A stretch of DNA of 64,000 nucleotides from an uncultured delta proteobacterium (GTDB taxonomy: Bacteria; Desulfobacterota; Binatia; Binatales; Binataceae): positions 224,001-288,000 of the forward strand of contig CAVRVY010000001.1 in assembly GCA_963724765.1 (NCBI GenBank), given 5' to 3'. The notes under the pieces are model-generated. The model had not been told where the DNA came from and searched no databases. It saw only the letters and a list, made by a program, of their open reading frames with translations. Both the position numbers and the translations under genes were made by a program. Below, in pieces: positions 19,091-29,817 of the stretch. Position 1 is the stretch's first letter. Each line of letters begins with the position of its first letter.

Positions 19091-20593
19091 TTACAGGCCG
19101 TATTCTTTGATCTTTGTGTAGAGCTTTTTTCGGGAGATCCCCAGCAGCTTGGCAGTCTGGACCTTGTTACGGTTTGTCGTCTCCAACGCTCGCCGAATCA
19201 CATCGCGCTCGGCCTCGGCAAAACTACCCGCGCGAGCGGCTCGGGTGGCGGCGGTTCGGGCGCTAATCTCGGGCTCGCCTCGAATCGGCGCTGGCAGATC
19301 CGCAAGCCGGATCTTGTCGTAACGCCCAAAGGTAAACCCCGTCTCGATGGCGTTGGCAAGTTCTCGAACATTTCCGGGCCACTCATAGCGGCGCATCGCT
19401 TCAAGTGCTCGCGCCTCGAGACCTGCGATTGGAGGTTCTCGGTTCAGTCTTTGGTTGAAGAGCTCGATGAAATGCTCTACCAGCAGTGGGACATCATCCA
19501 GCCGTTCGCGCAGCGGAGGAATTCGGAGCACGTTCGCCTGGAGGCGGTAGTAAAGGTCCTCGCGTAGTTGCCGAGCGCGAACGGCTTCTTCCGGGTCGCC
19601 ATTGGTTGAAGCGACGACGCGTAAATTCACAGAGATTTCCCGGCTCGACCCGACAGGCCGTACGGCGCGTTCCTGAAGCACGCGTAACAGTTTGCTTTGC
19701 GTCTCCGGAGCCATCTCTGTGATTTCATCCAGGAAGAGCGTACCTCCCGCGGCTGCGCGAAAGAGGCCCAGAAACTCCATAGTGGCGCCGGTAAAGGCCC
19801 CGCGCTTGTAGCCGAACAATTCGCTTTCGACGAGTTCTCGCGGAATCGCTGCACAGTTGAAAGGAATGAAAGGAGCCAACGGCGTCTCACCCACTTCGTG
19901 AATGGCGCGCGCCACTAGTTCCTTTCCCGTTCCGGTCTCCCCCACAATGAGAATCGTCCCTCGAGCGTGGCCAGCCATACTGATTCGCTCGTAGAGCTGC
20001 CGCATCACTTCAGTGCCACCAACCAATCCGTGAAAGTGCTGCCGTTCCTTCAGCGGCAAGCGCGCGGCTTCCCGCTCGAGGTCCTGTATTCGTGTCTTGA
20101 GCAGTGACGAACGCACCCGGAAGTAGGTGTCTGCCAGTACAATGCTCCGGATGTGGCTTAGTTTGTCGAACGCCAGGTAAACCGGCGGCAACGGGGGGAA
20201 TCCAGGAAGTGACCTCGCCACGCTCTCCTCGAACAAGTGCAGCGAAATCACAACCTCGAAATACGGGACTTCACGTTCGGCCAGTTTCTCGGCTTCGCGG
20301 CGAACGACGTCCACAAATCCCGCCATGTCTCTGTCCAGCAGAAACCGCATCGACTCGTCCAGCTCGTGACCGAATAGCTCGAAAAATTCGGCTTCTGAGA
20401 GCACCCGCGAATCGCCGAAATGTACTTCGTATTGCCTGTGCCAGTTACTCAGGATCTCATCCCGGCGCTTGGCTACGGCCTCCAGCACAGGACGTAGCTC
20501 CTCAAGCTCGCGATCCCACAGAATGCGGAAGTAGGGAGGACCCGATAGTCCCAGAGAGAGACGCGCCGAGTTGGCTTTAGTTTCTTTTGGCAC
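19091..20593 (-). CDS. Sigma-54 enhancer-binding protein (AAA+ and Fis HTH) with all-helical, globin/RsbRD_N-like N-terminal domain
   Basis: GETGTGKE, ESELFG..GAFTGA, LFLDEI, WPGNVREL, C-terminal AKLLGISRKKLY. The N-terminal fold call is inference. Confidence 0.93.
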   Translation of the reverse strand: MPKETKANSARLSLGLSGPPYFRILWDRELEELRPVLEAVAKRRDEILSNWHRQYEVHFGDSRVLSEAEFFELFGHELDESMRFLLDRDMAGFVDVVRREAEKLAEREVPYFEVVISLHLFEESVARSLPGFPPLPPVYLAFDKLSHIRSIVLADTYFRVRSSLLKTRIQDLEREAARLPLKERQHFHGLVGGTEVMRQLYERISMAGHARGTILIVGETGTGKELVARAIHEVGETPLAPFIPFNCAAIPRELVESELFGYKRGAFTGATMEFLGLFRAAAGGTLFLDEITEMAPETQSKLLRVLQERAVRPVGSSREISVNLRVVASTNGDPEEAVRARQLREDLYYRLQANVLRIPPLRERLDDVPLLVEHFIELFNQRLNREPPIAGLEARALEAMRRYEWPGNVRELANAIETGFTFGRYDKIRLADLPAPIRGEPEISARTAATRAARAGSFAEAERDVIRRALETTNRNKVQTAKLLGISRKKLYTKIKEYGL

Positions 20594-21053
20594 CGGTTTC
20601 AGCCTCGATGTCGGGTCTTGGCCTAAGTCGCGTCGTTTAGCTATGGACCCAGCACCGCCTGAATTGATGAGGGAAGACCTTTAATCGACCATCAAAGCCC
20701 ACAGACTGCACGTCCCAGCTTGGCATGATTCCAGCTATTCAAACCGACGTTGCCAAGCTTAACGACGTAGAAAAAATGGATAGACTCCATTCAGGCATGG
20801 TCATCGCCGCGCAAGCTCGATTGTCGGAGACCGACGCGAAGAATTCCGCTTCTTCTGTAGCACCGGGCACATTCTCGGTCTATCAGCGGTGGGGTTGCCA
20901 CAGAGCTAAACGCCGCGAACATCACTGCGACCGATCGGAATGCTGAAGCCGTGCACATGATGATGCCCGCGCCCAAGCAGCTCGCGGGTCCCTGCGTACC
21001 GACTGAGGGAAACACGTAGCCACGCGGCGTCGGCCCCGCAAGGGCCAGCGTTT

Positions 21054-21449
21054 ATGGCGCAGACCTTTCCACATTTTCTTGTGGTCTCGGGCGACGAAAC
21101 ATTGAAGCTCATGGCTTCTCAAGTTGGCGGCGAGCGTTACCGCGTTCAGTTCTGTATCAATCCCTACTCTGCGCTCAAGCTATCATCAGCATCTAGGCTT
21201 AAAGCCATGTTAATAGACGATACTACGCTCGTCGGATCGGAACGAAATACCCTTCTAATCCGATTGCGACAGTGGGCCCCGCGCGCGTTTCTAATCTATG
21301 TCGCCCAGCAACAAAGCCCTGAAATCGAGCGGCAAGCCCGGGCCTGTGGTGTCCACTACTACACGGCCAAGCCCATTGAACGAGAGCGGCTCTCCAAGGT
21401 CTTGAAAGCGTTTCTGGAATTCAAAGGGCCCCGTGGGCTCTTGCCTTAG
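21054..21449 (+). CDS. Stand-alone atypical response-regulator receiver domain
   Basis: FLVVSGD, AMLIDD, ARACGVHYYTAKPIE..L pattern. Confidence 0.7.
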   Translation: MAQTFPHFLVVSGDETLKLMASQVGGERYRVQFCINPYSALKLSSASRLKAMLIDDTTLVGSERNTLLIRLRQWAPRAFLIYVAQQQSPEIERQARACGVHYYTAKPIERERLSKVLKAFLEFKGPRGLLP

Positions 21450-21739
21450 ATGGTAGGACCGGCTTAACCCGTTGTCTTGCGCATTTGGTCCCTTGTGTGT
21501 CGGCTGGCAACGGCTGCCACCCTCGAGCTGACATCAGGGGACCTCGCGTCTCGCCTCCGCCATGCTCTCGGTAGAGACAGCCCGACAGGTCCGACTTAGG
21601 CCCCTCTTAGACACTAAGAGCCATCCGCAATTTCGAGTCGGATACTCCACCATTGCCGATCGGGACCAACGTGATGTTGCCAATGGAGTCACTACGGAAC
21701 GCCACGTCGCTTTTCTCGTTGTCGGATGGGCCTGTGAAT

Positions 21740-21755
21740 TGGCACGCTCGATGCT
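21740..21755 (+). promoter_or_regulatory. Sigma-54 -24/-12 promoter
   Basis: TGGCACGCTCGATGCT, 30 bp upstream of the DUF2267 start and the Hsp20 cluster. Confidence 0.75.
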
Positions 21756-21784
21756 CCATCTGTTGATCAAACGCGAGGGAGCCA

Positions 21785-21940
21785 ATGGGCCAAAAGACGC
21801 TTTTTCGAAAAGTCGCCGAGCGTATGCGATGTGACGAGCGTTGGGCCGAGTCGCTCACTTTCGCAGTGTTCCAGGAGCTTCGGGACCGACTCACGCCGGG
21901 CGAGGCGGCGGATGTCGACGCACAACTGGCCGGCCGGACT
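21785..21940 (+). pseudogene. Truncated DUF2267 family protein
   Basis: LFRKVAER....AE..TFAVFQELRDRLTPGEAADV.AQL, then similarity is lost; the ORF runs on to 22120. Confidence 0.7.
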
Positions 21941-22130
21941 CAAGATGCGTATCTACAAAAAGATGACCGGGCTGCCGATCTCCAAAACGAGGATGCGGGG
22001 GGGGGACACTCACAGCTACCCAGGATTTCAAAATGGAAATCGCGGTTGAGATCAAACATTGTAAAGTATCGTTGGAGACACGACACTACATGGCGGGTTC
22101 TCGCCAATACTCAGTCGTAAGGAGGTTCTT

Positions 22131-22577
22131 ATGGCACTGCTGAGATTTTCACCCGATCTCGATCCGGTGAGTAATCTGCTCACATTGCAGACCGAATTGG
22201 AGCGTTTCCTGCGCAATCCCGCAATCAGGCTCGGCGTGTCGGGACCCGGCGATTTTCCGCCCTTGAACGTATTCGACGACGGGGAGGGAGTCGTCGTGAT
22301 GGCCGAGATACCCGGGATGGATCCAGAAAGCCTCAACGTCTCCGGACAGAGTCACACCCTGACAATCAAGGGTGAGCGCAAGCGCGAGACGGTCGGTGAC
22401 GCCACAGGGTACCACCGGCGCGAACGACCGTTCGGTGAGTTCTCGCGCTCCGTCCAACTCCCCGATGAACTCGATCTTGACAAGGCGGCCGCCAGATACG
22501 AGGCCGGGATGCTGACGGTCAGGGTGCCCAAGGCGGAGTCGGCAAAGCCGCGTCAGATCGCGGTGAACCCGGCTTAA
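22131..22577 (+). CDS. Hsp20/alpha-crystallin small heat-shock protein
   Basis: FPPLNV..AEIPG..LTIKGER..YHRRERPFGEFSRS..A.YEAGMLTV.VPK. Confidence 0.95.
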   Translation: MALLRFSPDLDPVSNLLTLQTELERFLRNPAIRLGVSGPGDFPPLNVFDDGEGVVVMAEIPGMDPESLNVSGQSHTLTIKGERKRETVGDATGYHRRERPFGEFSRSVQLPDELDLDKAAARYEAGMLTVRVPKAESAKPRQIAVNPA

Positions 22578-22626
22578 GACCATGAGGGCGAAGGATTCAA
22601 GGCGCCCTTAAAGGAGGAAACGGACA

Positions 22627-23025
22627 ATGACCGAACAGGAGATTGCCGCGAAGGAAAAGCAGCAGGTACCGGGCCAGGAGAAGACTCGCGCGGGCCGGTT
22701 CTTTCTGCCCGGCGTCGATATCTATGAGTTCGGCGATTCGATCAAGCTTTGGGTCGATATGCCGGGAGTGAAGGAGAGCGACGTCGAGGTAACGCTCAAG
22801 GAGGGGGTTCTTACTATCACTGGTACCGTGTCGACCGAGGCTTATGAGAAGCTGTCGCCGCTATACACTGAGTACAACGTCGGAAACTACTTCAGGCAGT
22901 TCGAATTGAACGAGGATGTGGACGACAAGCATATCGGGGCCTTGATGAGGAACGGAGTGCTCGAGCTAACGCTTCCCAAGGGCGAGCGTGCGCAGGCTCG
23001 CCGGATCGAGATCAAGGCGGGCTGA
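22627..23025 (+). CDS. Hsp20/alpha-crystallin small heat-shock protein
   Basis: P.VDIYE..DMPGV..GVLTI.G..YFRQF.L..NGVLELTLPK. Confidence 0.95.
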   Translation: MTEQEIAAKEKQQVPGQEKTRAGRFFLPGVDIYEFGDSIKLWVDMPGVKESDVEVTLKEGVLTITGTVSTEAYEKLSPLYTEYNVGNYFRQFELNEDVDDKHIGALMRNGVLELTLPKGERAQARRIEIKAG

Positions 23026-23049
23026 CGTCGAACGGAGGAATTTCGAGTG

Positions 23050-23730
23050 ATGGCGTGGAAGGACCCGTATGCCATCCTCGGCGTCGGGCGTGGCGCGCCG
23101 CTTTCAGAGATCAAGCGCGCCTACCGGAAGCTCGCTTTCAGCGCGCATCCCGACGTTGGCGACAATCCGGATGCGCAGCGCTTTCGGGAGGTCCACGAGG
23201 CCTACGAAACCCTGAGCGAGATGGAGCAACGGTGCCCGCGCAGAATCAAGGTCGTGCGGGCACCGGACCGCTCTGGCCACGCGGGGACGATGTACGCGGC
23301 GCCGCAAGGACGTCCCGAGCCGATTCGGCGGAGACCTCCTGTCGACGTAATCGGCGACTTCGGGACCGTAAGTCCGTCGGTCGGCGAGATCCTTGACCAT
23401 ATTGCGCAGAACTTCTTCGGTTTCCATCAAAAGAGCCATGGGTCGTGCCAGCGTCTGGGCGTCGAGATTGTGCTCGACACGCGCGAGGCTTTCTTCGGCG
23501 TTTCTATGCCGATCGAGGTGCCCGTATACGTGCGATGCGGCCGATGCGGGGGCGGTGGCGGGGAGTGGGCCGTGTGTCCGCTATGTCATGGATATGGGAT
23601 GATGGAGACCACTCATAGCATAAGGCTCGAGATTCCGCCCGAGGCCCGAAGTGGCGACAGCTATCAGATCGATCTGAGGAGGGCGGGAATCGAGAACCTG
23701 CTGCTCGACGTGACGATTGTCGTTGCGTGA
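23050..23730 (+). CDS. DnaJ-domain protein with partial zinc finger
   Basis: DPYAILGV..IKRAYRKLA..HPD..F.EV.EAYETL; CGRCGGGG and CPLCHGYG. Confidence 0.9.
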   Translation: MAWKDPYAILGVGRGAPLSEIKRAYRKLAFSAHPDVGDNPDAQRFREVHEAYETLSEMEQRCPRRIKVVRAPDRSGHAGTMYAAPQGRPEPIRRRPPVDVIGDFGTVSPSVGEILDHIAQNFFGFHQKSHGSCQRLGVEIVLDTREAFFGVSMPIEVPVYVRCGRCGGGGGEWAVCPLCHGYGMMETTHSIRLEIPPEARSGDSYQIDLRRAGIENLLLDVTIVVA

Positions 23731-23924
23731 GAAAGCGCCGTGCGGCTACCGCGAGGCGCGGCATCGGAGCCACGCGCATGACTCCTTACTTTCCAATATT
23801 GCGAGTCCGCTTAGCCATCCTCCGCCAGAGCCTCTACGTTAAGGTTGCATCGCAGTCCAAACGCCGGCGTCAATGGCAAAAAGGCTTTTATCGAAATTGC
23901 CTGACCCGCAGATAGGAGGACGCT

Positions 23925-24410
23925 ATGGCTTTTTTACGACCATGGGCTCCGCTTCGTGAGATGGAGGAATTCCGGCATACCGTCGATGAGATGCTGGAAC
24001 ACCTCAGAGGCAAGATCGGGTACCCGCTTGGAGGCGGGTCAGCCGCTCTGAAGCCGCCGATCGAGTCCTTTGTGGAAGAGGGAAGGCTGACGGTGCGCGT
24101 CGAGCTGCCCGGCCTCGACCCCAAGGACATCACGGTGAACGTGGTGGGCGACATGCTGACGATCCGCGCCTCGCGTCAGGAGGAGCACGAAACCAAGAAT
24201 CGCGATTTCCTTCATCGCGAGTTCAGATATGGTGCCATCGAACGCTTGATGACCCTACCCGAGGGCGTAAAGGCCGAAGACATCAAGGCAAGCTTCAGCA
24301 ATGGTTTGCTCCAGCTCACCATCCCAATGCCTGAGGAGACCGCGCCCAAGGAAGTGAAGGTTCACGTCGAGCACGCCCAATCGAAACCTGAGGGTGAGAA
24401 AACGGCCTGA
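23925..24410 (+). CDS. Hsp20/alpha-crystallin small heat-shock protein
   Basis: VRVELPG.DPKDI..LTIRASR..HREFRYG..ER..LPEGV..ASFSNGLLQLTIP; RBS AGGAGG. Confidence 0.95.
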   Translation: MAFLRPWAPLREMEEFRHTVDEMLEHLRGKIGYPLGGGSAALKPPIESFVEEGRLTVRVELPGLDPKDITVNVVGDMLTIRASRQEEHETKNRDFLHREFRYGAIERLMTLPEGVKAEDIKASFSNGLLQLTIPMPEETAPKEVKVHVEHAQSKPEGEKTA

Positions 24411-24465
24411 ACTCGCAATATCTGAAGCACTCCCGGCCGGCTCGGCATCAAACATGGATGACCTC

Positions 24466-25476
24466 TCAACTGCTGGTGCCGCGCAACGAGTAGGAACTCA
24501 GAACGCGGGCGTAGTTGGAGCGCTGGAAGGCCGCCGGGTTGGGCACATTGCGCTGACTCATGCTGCCACACATCTGGCGAATGGCTTCGTACTCGTGCTC
24601 CTCCATCCATCTCAGGAGATCGCGCAAGACGGCGTCGAGATGATGGACGCCGTTGCTGAGCAGTGCCGAGGTCATCATCGTGACGCGCGCCCCAGCCATC
24701 ATGCCCTTCAGCACGTCTTGAGCGCTATGAACGCCGCCTGTGATCGCCAGGTCGGCGTCAACACGTCCGAAGATGATCGCGACCCAATGCAGCCTCAGCA
24801 GCAATTCCTCGGGGCGGCTCAGAGTCAGGCTGGGCGTGACTTCGAGCAGTTCGAGATCCAAATCCGGCTGATAGAAGCGATTGAACAGCACCAGCGCATT
24901 CGCGCCGGCGCAATCGAGTTGTTTCGCCATGTTTGGATGAGCACTGAAGAATGGGGAGAGCTTCACCGCGACGGGAATCCGTACACTTTGTTTTACCCCC
25001 CGAACCAGCTCGACGTATGCCCGCTCGACGTGGCCGGCGGTGAGTTCCGGGTCGGTCACAATCGAATAGAGGTTCAACTCGATGGCGTCGGCGCCCGCTT
25101 GTTCTATCTCGCGTGCATAGCGGATCCAACCGCCGGCTGAGACGCCATTGAGGCTGCCGATGACGGGAATCGAAACGCTCACCTTGGCCTTGCGAATCAG
25201 CTCCAGATAGCCATCGGGACCGAGGTTGTACGTCGTCAGGTCGGGAAAGTAGTTCAGCGACTCCGCGAAACTTTCAGCGCCGCGAAAGAGATCCGCGTCA
25301 AGCATCTCACTTTCCAACGTGAGCTGCTCTTCGAAGAGGGATGGCAATACGACGGCGGCGATTCCGTGATCTTCGAGATGCCGAATCTTGTCGAGTGAAT
25401 CGCACAGCGGCGACGCTGACGCAACGATGGGATTCCTCAAGGCGAGGCCCAGATACGTCGTCGTGAGGTCGATCAT
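24466..25476 (-). CDS. Dihydroorotate dehydrogenase-like FMN protein (PFOR-associated)
   Basis: Start [23 protein letters not shown] overlaps the PFOR stop (ATGA); [34 protein letters not shown]. Confidence 0.92.
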   Translation of the reverse strand: MIDLTTTYLGLALRNPIVASASPLCDSLDKIRHLEDHGIAAVVLPSLFEEQLTLESEMLDADLFRGAESFAESLNYFPDLTTYNLGPDGYLELIRKAKVSVSIPVIGSLNGVSAGGWIRYAREIEQAGADAIELNLYSIVTDPELTAGHVERAYVELVRGVKQSVRIPVAVKLSPFFSAHPNMAKQLDCAGANALVLFNRFYQPDLDLELLEVTPSLTLSRPEELLLRLHWVAIIFGRVDADLAITGGVHSAQDVLKGMMAGARVTMMTSALLSNGVHHLDAVLRDLLRWMEEHEYEAIRQMCGSMSQRNVPNPAAFQRSNYARVLSSYSLRGTSS

Positions 25477-28400
25477 TGCCTGCCCCCTTTTGCCAGCTTG
25501 CCCGAGGCAGTCTCCGATTCGGTGGCAGATTGCGAGGACGGGATTGCCGCGCCGGTCATAGCGGCACGATTTGCGTATACGCGCCACTGGCGAGCGACGT
25601 CGTCCTGCGCCATCTGGAGCAACTCGCGCGCAGCTTCGGGATTGCTGCGCGCGAGCATCGTGTAGCGCGCTTCCTGATAGGCGTACTGCTTGAGCGGGAT
25701 GCTGGGCGCCTTCGAGTCGAGCTGAAAAGGGTTCTTGCCTTCTTTTCGCAGCGCCGGGTTGTAGCGCATAAGCGGCCAGTAGCCGGAGAGCATCGCGTTC
25801 TTCTGCTGGTTCAGGCCGAAGGCCATGTCGTAGCCGTGCGCGATGCAATGGCTATACGCGATGATCAGCGAGGCGCCGTCGTACGCTTCAGCCTCGAGCA
25901 AAGCCCGGACGGTGTGCGTATCGTTGCCGCCCATCGCCACGCGCGCGACGTAAACCGAGCCGTAGCTGATGGCCTCCATCGCGAGGTCCTTCTTGGCGGT
26001 CTGTTTGCCACCGGCGGCAAACTTCGCAACCGCGCCGCGCGGCGTGGATTTGGACATTTGCCCGCCCGTGTTCGAGTACACTTCAGTATCCAGCACCATC
26101 ACGTTCACGTTCATTCCGGAGGCGAGCACATGATCGAGTCCGCCAAACCCGATGTCATAGGCCCATCCGTCGCCGCCCACGAGCCAAACGCTCTTGCGCA
26201 CCAGCGCATCGGCAACCGCCATCAGGTCGCGCGCGTCGTTGGTTTCGAGACCTGCAATAACCCGCTTGACCTCGGCGACCCGCTGGCGCTGCGCCGCGAT
26301 GCCTGCCTCAGTCGATTGATCAGCTTCCAGGATCTCCGAGACGAGGCGCCCGCCGAGCTGACTGGAAAGACGCCGGATCAGCTCCCGCGCGTAGTCAAAC
26401 CGCTTGTCGAGCGCAAGCCTCATCCCGAGCCCGAACTCGGCATTGTCTTCGAACAAGGAATTTGACCACGCCGGCCCCCGGCCTTCGGCGTTCGAGGTGT
26501 AAGGCGTGGTCGGCAAATTGCCACCATATATAGAGGAGCATCCGGTCGCGTTCGCGATCAGCAACCGATCGCCGAAGAGTTGGGTGAGCAGTTTGATGTA
26601 GGGCGTCTCGCCGCATCCAGCGCACGCTCCGGAAAATTCGAACAGCGGTTCGAGCAGTTGCGCATCTTTGACTTGCGCGTGCACGAGACTGTCTCGATTG
26701 AACTCCGGCAGCGACAGGAAAAACTCCCAGTTCCTCGCCTCCGCGTCGCGAATTGGAGGCTGAGGCGACATGTTGATCGCCTTGTGCTGCACCTCGCTCT
26801 TGCTTTTGGCCGGGCACACTTCGACGCACAGGCGGCATCCGGTGCAGTCCTCGGGCGCCACTTGCAGCGTGTAACGCATCGCCTCGAGGCCGCGCCAGCG
26901 GGGCATCGCTGACTTGAAGGTCGCAGGCGCATCGTCGAGGTGACTGGGCCCGTATACCTTCGCGCGAATCACCGCATGGGGGCAGACCAGCACGCACTTC
27001 CCGCACTGGATGCACAGGTCTTGATCCCAGACCGGGATCTCCTGCGCGATGTTGAGCTTTTCCCATTTCGCCGTGCCGGTGGGAAAGGTGCCGTCGGGCG
27101 GCAGCGCGCTGGTGGGAACCGAATCACCGTAGCCGGCGATGAGAGCGCCGAGGACATCGCGAACGAAGGCCGGCGCGTGCGAGGGCACCGGAGCGAGAAT
27201 ATCGATCGCGCTGCTCGCCGTCGCCGGTATGGTGACCTCGTGCAGATGCGCAAGTGTAGTATCCACAGCGGCGAAGTTCCGTTGCACGATCGCTTCGCCA
27301 CGCTTACCGTATGTTTCCTGGATCGCCGATTTGATCGCCGCGATCGCCGCATCCGGCGGCAACACGCCGCTCACGGCAAAAAAGCACGTCTGCATGATCG
27401 TATTGATGCGGCCGCCCATGCCGGCCTGGCGCGCCACCTTGTACGCATCGATGACGAAGAAGCGAAGCTCCTTGTCGAGGATCTGCTGCTGCACCTTGCG
27501 CGGCAGATGGTTCCACACCTCGTCGGGCGCGTATGGCGCATTGAGAAGGAACGTCGCTCCCTGATCCGCCGCCGCGAGCACGTCCATCCGCTCGAGGAAG
27601 GCGAACTGATGGCATCCGATGAAGCTCGCCTTGCTGATCAGGTATGTCGAACGGATCGGGTCCGGCCCGAAGCGCAGATGCGACACCGTGACCGAGCCCG
27701 CCTTCTTCGAATCGTAGACGAAGTAACCCTGCGCGTAGCTGGGCGTGTTCTCGCCGATGATCACGATCGAGTTCTTGTTCGCACCCACGGTGCCGTCCGA
27801 TCCAAATCCATAGAAGAGCGCGCGCACAGTCAGTGGACTTTCAGTCGAAAACGCGGGGTCGAATGCGAGGCTGGAATGAGTCACGTCGTCGTGAATCCCC
27901 ACGGTGAAGTGATTCTTGGGAGTCTCCTTCCGGAGTTCATCGAAGACCGCCTTCACCATCGCGGGTGTGAATTCCTTTGATGACAGGCCGTATCGTCCTC
28001 CGATGATTCGCGGCCACCCACCATCGATGGTGCCTGCCGCCCACGCCTCGCTGAGCGCCGTCACGACATCGAGATAGAGCGGCTCGCCGCTGCCGCCGGG
28101 CTCCTTGGTGCGGTCCAGCACCGCTATCGCACGCGTCGTTCCTGGCAAAGCTGCCGCGAAAGCGGCGCTGTCGAACGGCCGAAACAATCGCACCTTGAGC
28201 AGGCCGACCTTTTCTCCCCCGGCGATGAGGCGTTCGATCGTCTCCTCGGCAGCGCCGGCGCCCGAGCCCATCAAGATGATGACCCGTTCCGCTCCGGGAT
28301 CCCCGACATAATCAAACAGTCGATATGCGCGGCCGGTCCGACGCGCGAAGCGATCCATGAGGTCCTGAACAATTGTCGGACATGCGCGATAGAAGGGATT

Positions 28401-29084
28401 AATGGCCTCGCGCGCCTGAAAAAAGACATCCGGGTTCTGCGCCGTCCCGCGCAGCATCGGTCGATCTGGACTGAGCGCGCGATCGCGATGCTGCCGGACG
28501 AACTTCGCATCGATGAGCGCACGCAGATCGTCGTCTGAGAGGGGATGGATCTTGTTGAGCTCATGCGAAGTGCGGAAGCCGTCGAAAAAATGCAGAAACG
28601 GGATCCGCGATTCGAGCGAAGCGGCATGCGCAATCAGGGCGAAGTCGTGTGCTTCCTGAACGGAATTGGAGGACAGCAAGCCGAAGCCAGTCGCGCGTGC
28701 CGCCATGACATCGCTGTGGTCGCCGAATATCGAAAGAGCGTGCGTCGCGATAGTCCGTGCCGCGACGTGGATGACGCACACGGTAAGCTCACCCGCGATT
28801 TTGTACATGTTGGGGATCATCAGAAGAAGGCCTTGCGAGGCGGTGAAAGTCGTGCCAAGGGCTCCCGCCTGCAATGCACCATGTAGCGCGCCGGCGGCTC
28901 CGCCTTCGCTCTGCATTTCGACCACCTTAGGCACGGTGCCGAAGATGTTCCTGCGAGCCTCATCGCTCCATTGATCGGCCCATTCACCCATCGGCGACGA
29001 CGGCGTGATGGGGTAGATCGCGATCACTTCACTCAAGCGGTAGGCAACAGATGCCGCTGCTTCGTTCCCGTCAAGGATTTCCAT
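25473..29084 (-). CDS. nifJ: Pyruvate:ferredoxin/flavodoxin oxidoreductase (homodimeric)
   Basis: 1203 aa; [67 protein letters not shown]. Confidence 0.98.
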   Translation of the reverse strand: MEILDGNEAAASVAYRLSEVIAIYPITPSSPMGEWADQWSDEARRNIFGTVPKVVEMQSEGGAAGALHGALQAGALGTTFTASQGLLLMIPNMYKIAGELTVCVIHVAARTIATHALSIFGDHSDVMAARATGFGLLSSNSVQEAHDFALIAHAASLESRIPFLHFFDGFRTSHELNKIHPLSDDDLRALIDAKFVRQHRDRALSPDRPMLRGTAQNPDVFFQAREAINPFYRACPTIVQDLMDRFARRTGRAYRLFDYVGDPGAERVIILMGSGAGAAEETIERLIAGGEKVGLLKVRLFRPFDSAAFAAALPGTTRAIAVLDRTKEPGGSGEPLYLDVVTALSEAWAAGTIDGGWPRIIGGRYGLSSKEFTPAMVKAVFDELRKETPKNHFTVGIHDDVTHSSLAFDPAFSTESPLTVRALFYGFGSDGTVGANKNSIVIIGENTPSYAQGYFVYDSKKAGSVTVSHLRFGPDPIRSTYLISKASFIGCHQFAFLERMDVLAAADQGATFLLNAPYAPDEVWNHLPRKVQQQILDKELRFFVIDAYKVARQAGMGGRINTIMQTCFFAVSGVLPPDAAIAAIKSAIQETYGKRGEAIVQRNFAAVDTTLAHLHEVTIPATASSAIDILAPVPSHAPAFVRDVLGALIAGYGDSVPTSALPPDGTFPTGTAKWEKLNIAQEIPVWDQDLCIQCGKCVLVCPHAVIRAKVYGPSHLDDAPATFKSAMPRWRGLEAMRYTLQVAPEDCTGCRLCVEVCPAKSKSEVQHKAINMSPQPPIRDAEARNWEFFLSLPEFNRDSLVHAQVKDAQLLEPLFEFSGACAGCGETPYIKLLTQLFGDRLLIANATGCSSIYGGNLPTTPYTSNAEGRGPAWSNSLFEDNAEFGLGMRLALDKRFDYARELIRRLSSQLGGRLVSEILEADQSTEAGIAAQRQRVAEVKRVIAGLETNDARDLMAVADALVRKSVWLVGGDGWAYDIGFGGLDHVLASGMNVNVMVLDTEVYSNTGGQMSKSTPRGAVAKFAAGGKQTAKKDLAMEAISYGSVYVARVAMGGNDTHTVRALLEAEAYDGASLIIAYSHCIAHGYDMAFGLNQQKNAMLSGYWPLMRYNPALRKEGKNPFQLDSKAPSIPLKQYAYQEARYTMLARSNPEAARELLQMAQDDVARQWRVYANRAAMTGAAIPSSQSATESETASGKLAKGGRQ

Positions 29085-29226
29085 TTTGGCCCTTACCAGG
29101 AGCCGTTTGGCTTTTCCTAGGTTCGTGTAGGAGTACTGCTAGCTGCGCTGAGGAAGCCCTCAAGTAATATCCCTAGCATTTGCTCACGTCTCTTCGGCCT
29201 CCGCGACGTCGCCCCTTACTTAATCC

Positions 29227-29242
29227 AGCAAGAAGGAAGCCA
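29227..29242 (-). promoter_or_regulatory. Sigma-54 -24/-12 promoter candidate for nifJ
   Basis: TGGCTTCCTTCTTGCT (GG-N10-GC with TTGC), about 140 bp upstream of the start. Confidence 0.55.
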
Positions 29243-29578
29243 TCGGGATTGAGTGCTTGCCGTCCGTTTGGCTCCGCCGAGGACGGAACTTCATTACTTC
29301 GCTTCTCCCCAATTCAACCCAGGCGGGCACGCGGGCGTCGATTTCGGCCAGAAAGACGCTGGCTTCCCGGCCGCGCGAGTTTTCTTGTGTATCCAAAGGA
29401 ATCATTTTCTTGGTGTTGTGTGTCCGCAGGAATCATCTGCAACTCTGCCATTAGAGTAAACGAAGCAGAGTAATGGCAGAAACTAAACCGTTCGTCCAAA
29501 GACAAGAGAGGGAAAACCTTTGGTTCAAACGCGAATTATTTGGCCTCTATCGAAGTCTTTCGCCCGGTCTTTTCGCCT

Positions 29579-29594
29579 CGGCACGATTTTGGCT
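29579..29594 (+). promoter_or_regulatory. Sigma-54 -24/-12 promoter candidate for the oxidase operon
   Basis: CGGCACGATTTTGGCT (GG-N10-GC), about 225 bp upstream of coxB. Confidence 0.6.
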
Positions 29595-29817
29595 GTGTCG
29601 CGACGCAGGCAACAGAAGAGTTCAGCGTGGGTAGCGACTGGTTACTTGTGGTCGAGGGCAGGAGCAATGCAGTTTCTCCCGGTCGACCTGGCGAACACCA
29701 TTCGGCCAGCCGAGTTGTCGCCGCAGATCTGGCAACGCGTAAGTTGGGATCGGGAATGAGGATTATATAGCGACCAGAACAGCGTTACCCGGATCCTTCG
29801 CGTGACGCTGAACGGGG

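Noticed and set aside
20720-20810. Further GG-N10-GC motifs (TGGCATGATTCCAGCT, AGGCATGGTCATCGCC)
   Set aside because: Poor -12 elements and no clear gene immediately downstream; may be chance or decayed.
25477-25848. N-terminal extension of the 460-aa ORF 24466-25848
   Set aside because: It overlaps nifJ out of frame; family similarity starts at MIDLTT (25476).
24394-28974. Long plus-strand ORFs opposite nifJ and the DHOD-like gene
   Set aside because: Antisense shadows typical of GC-rich coding DNA, with no motifs.
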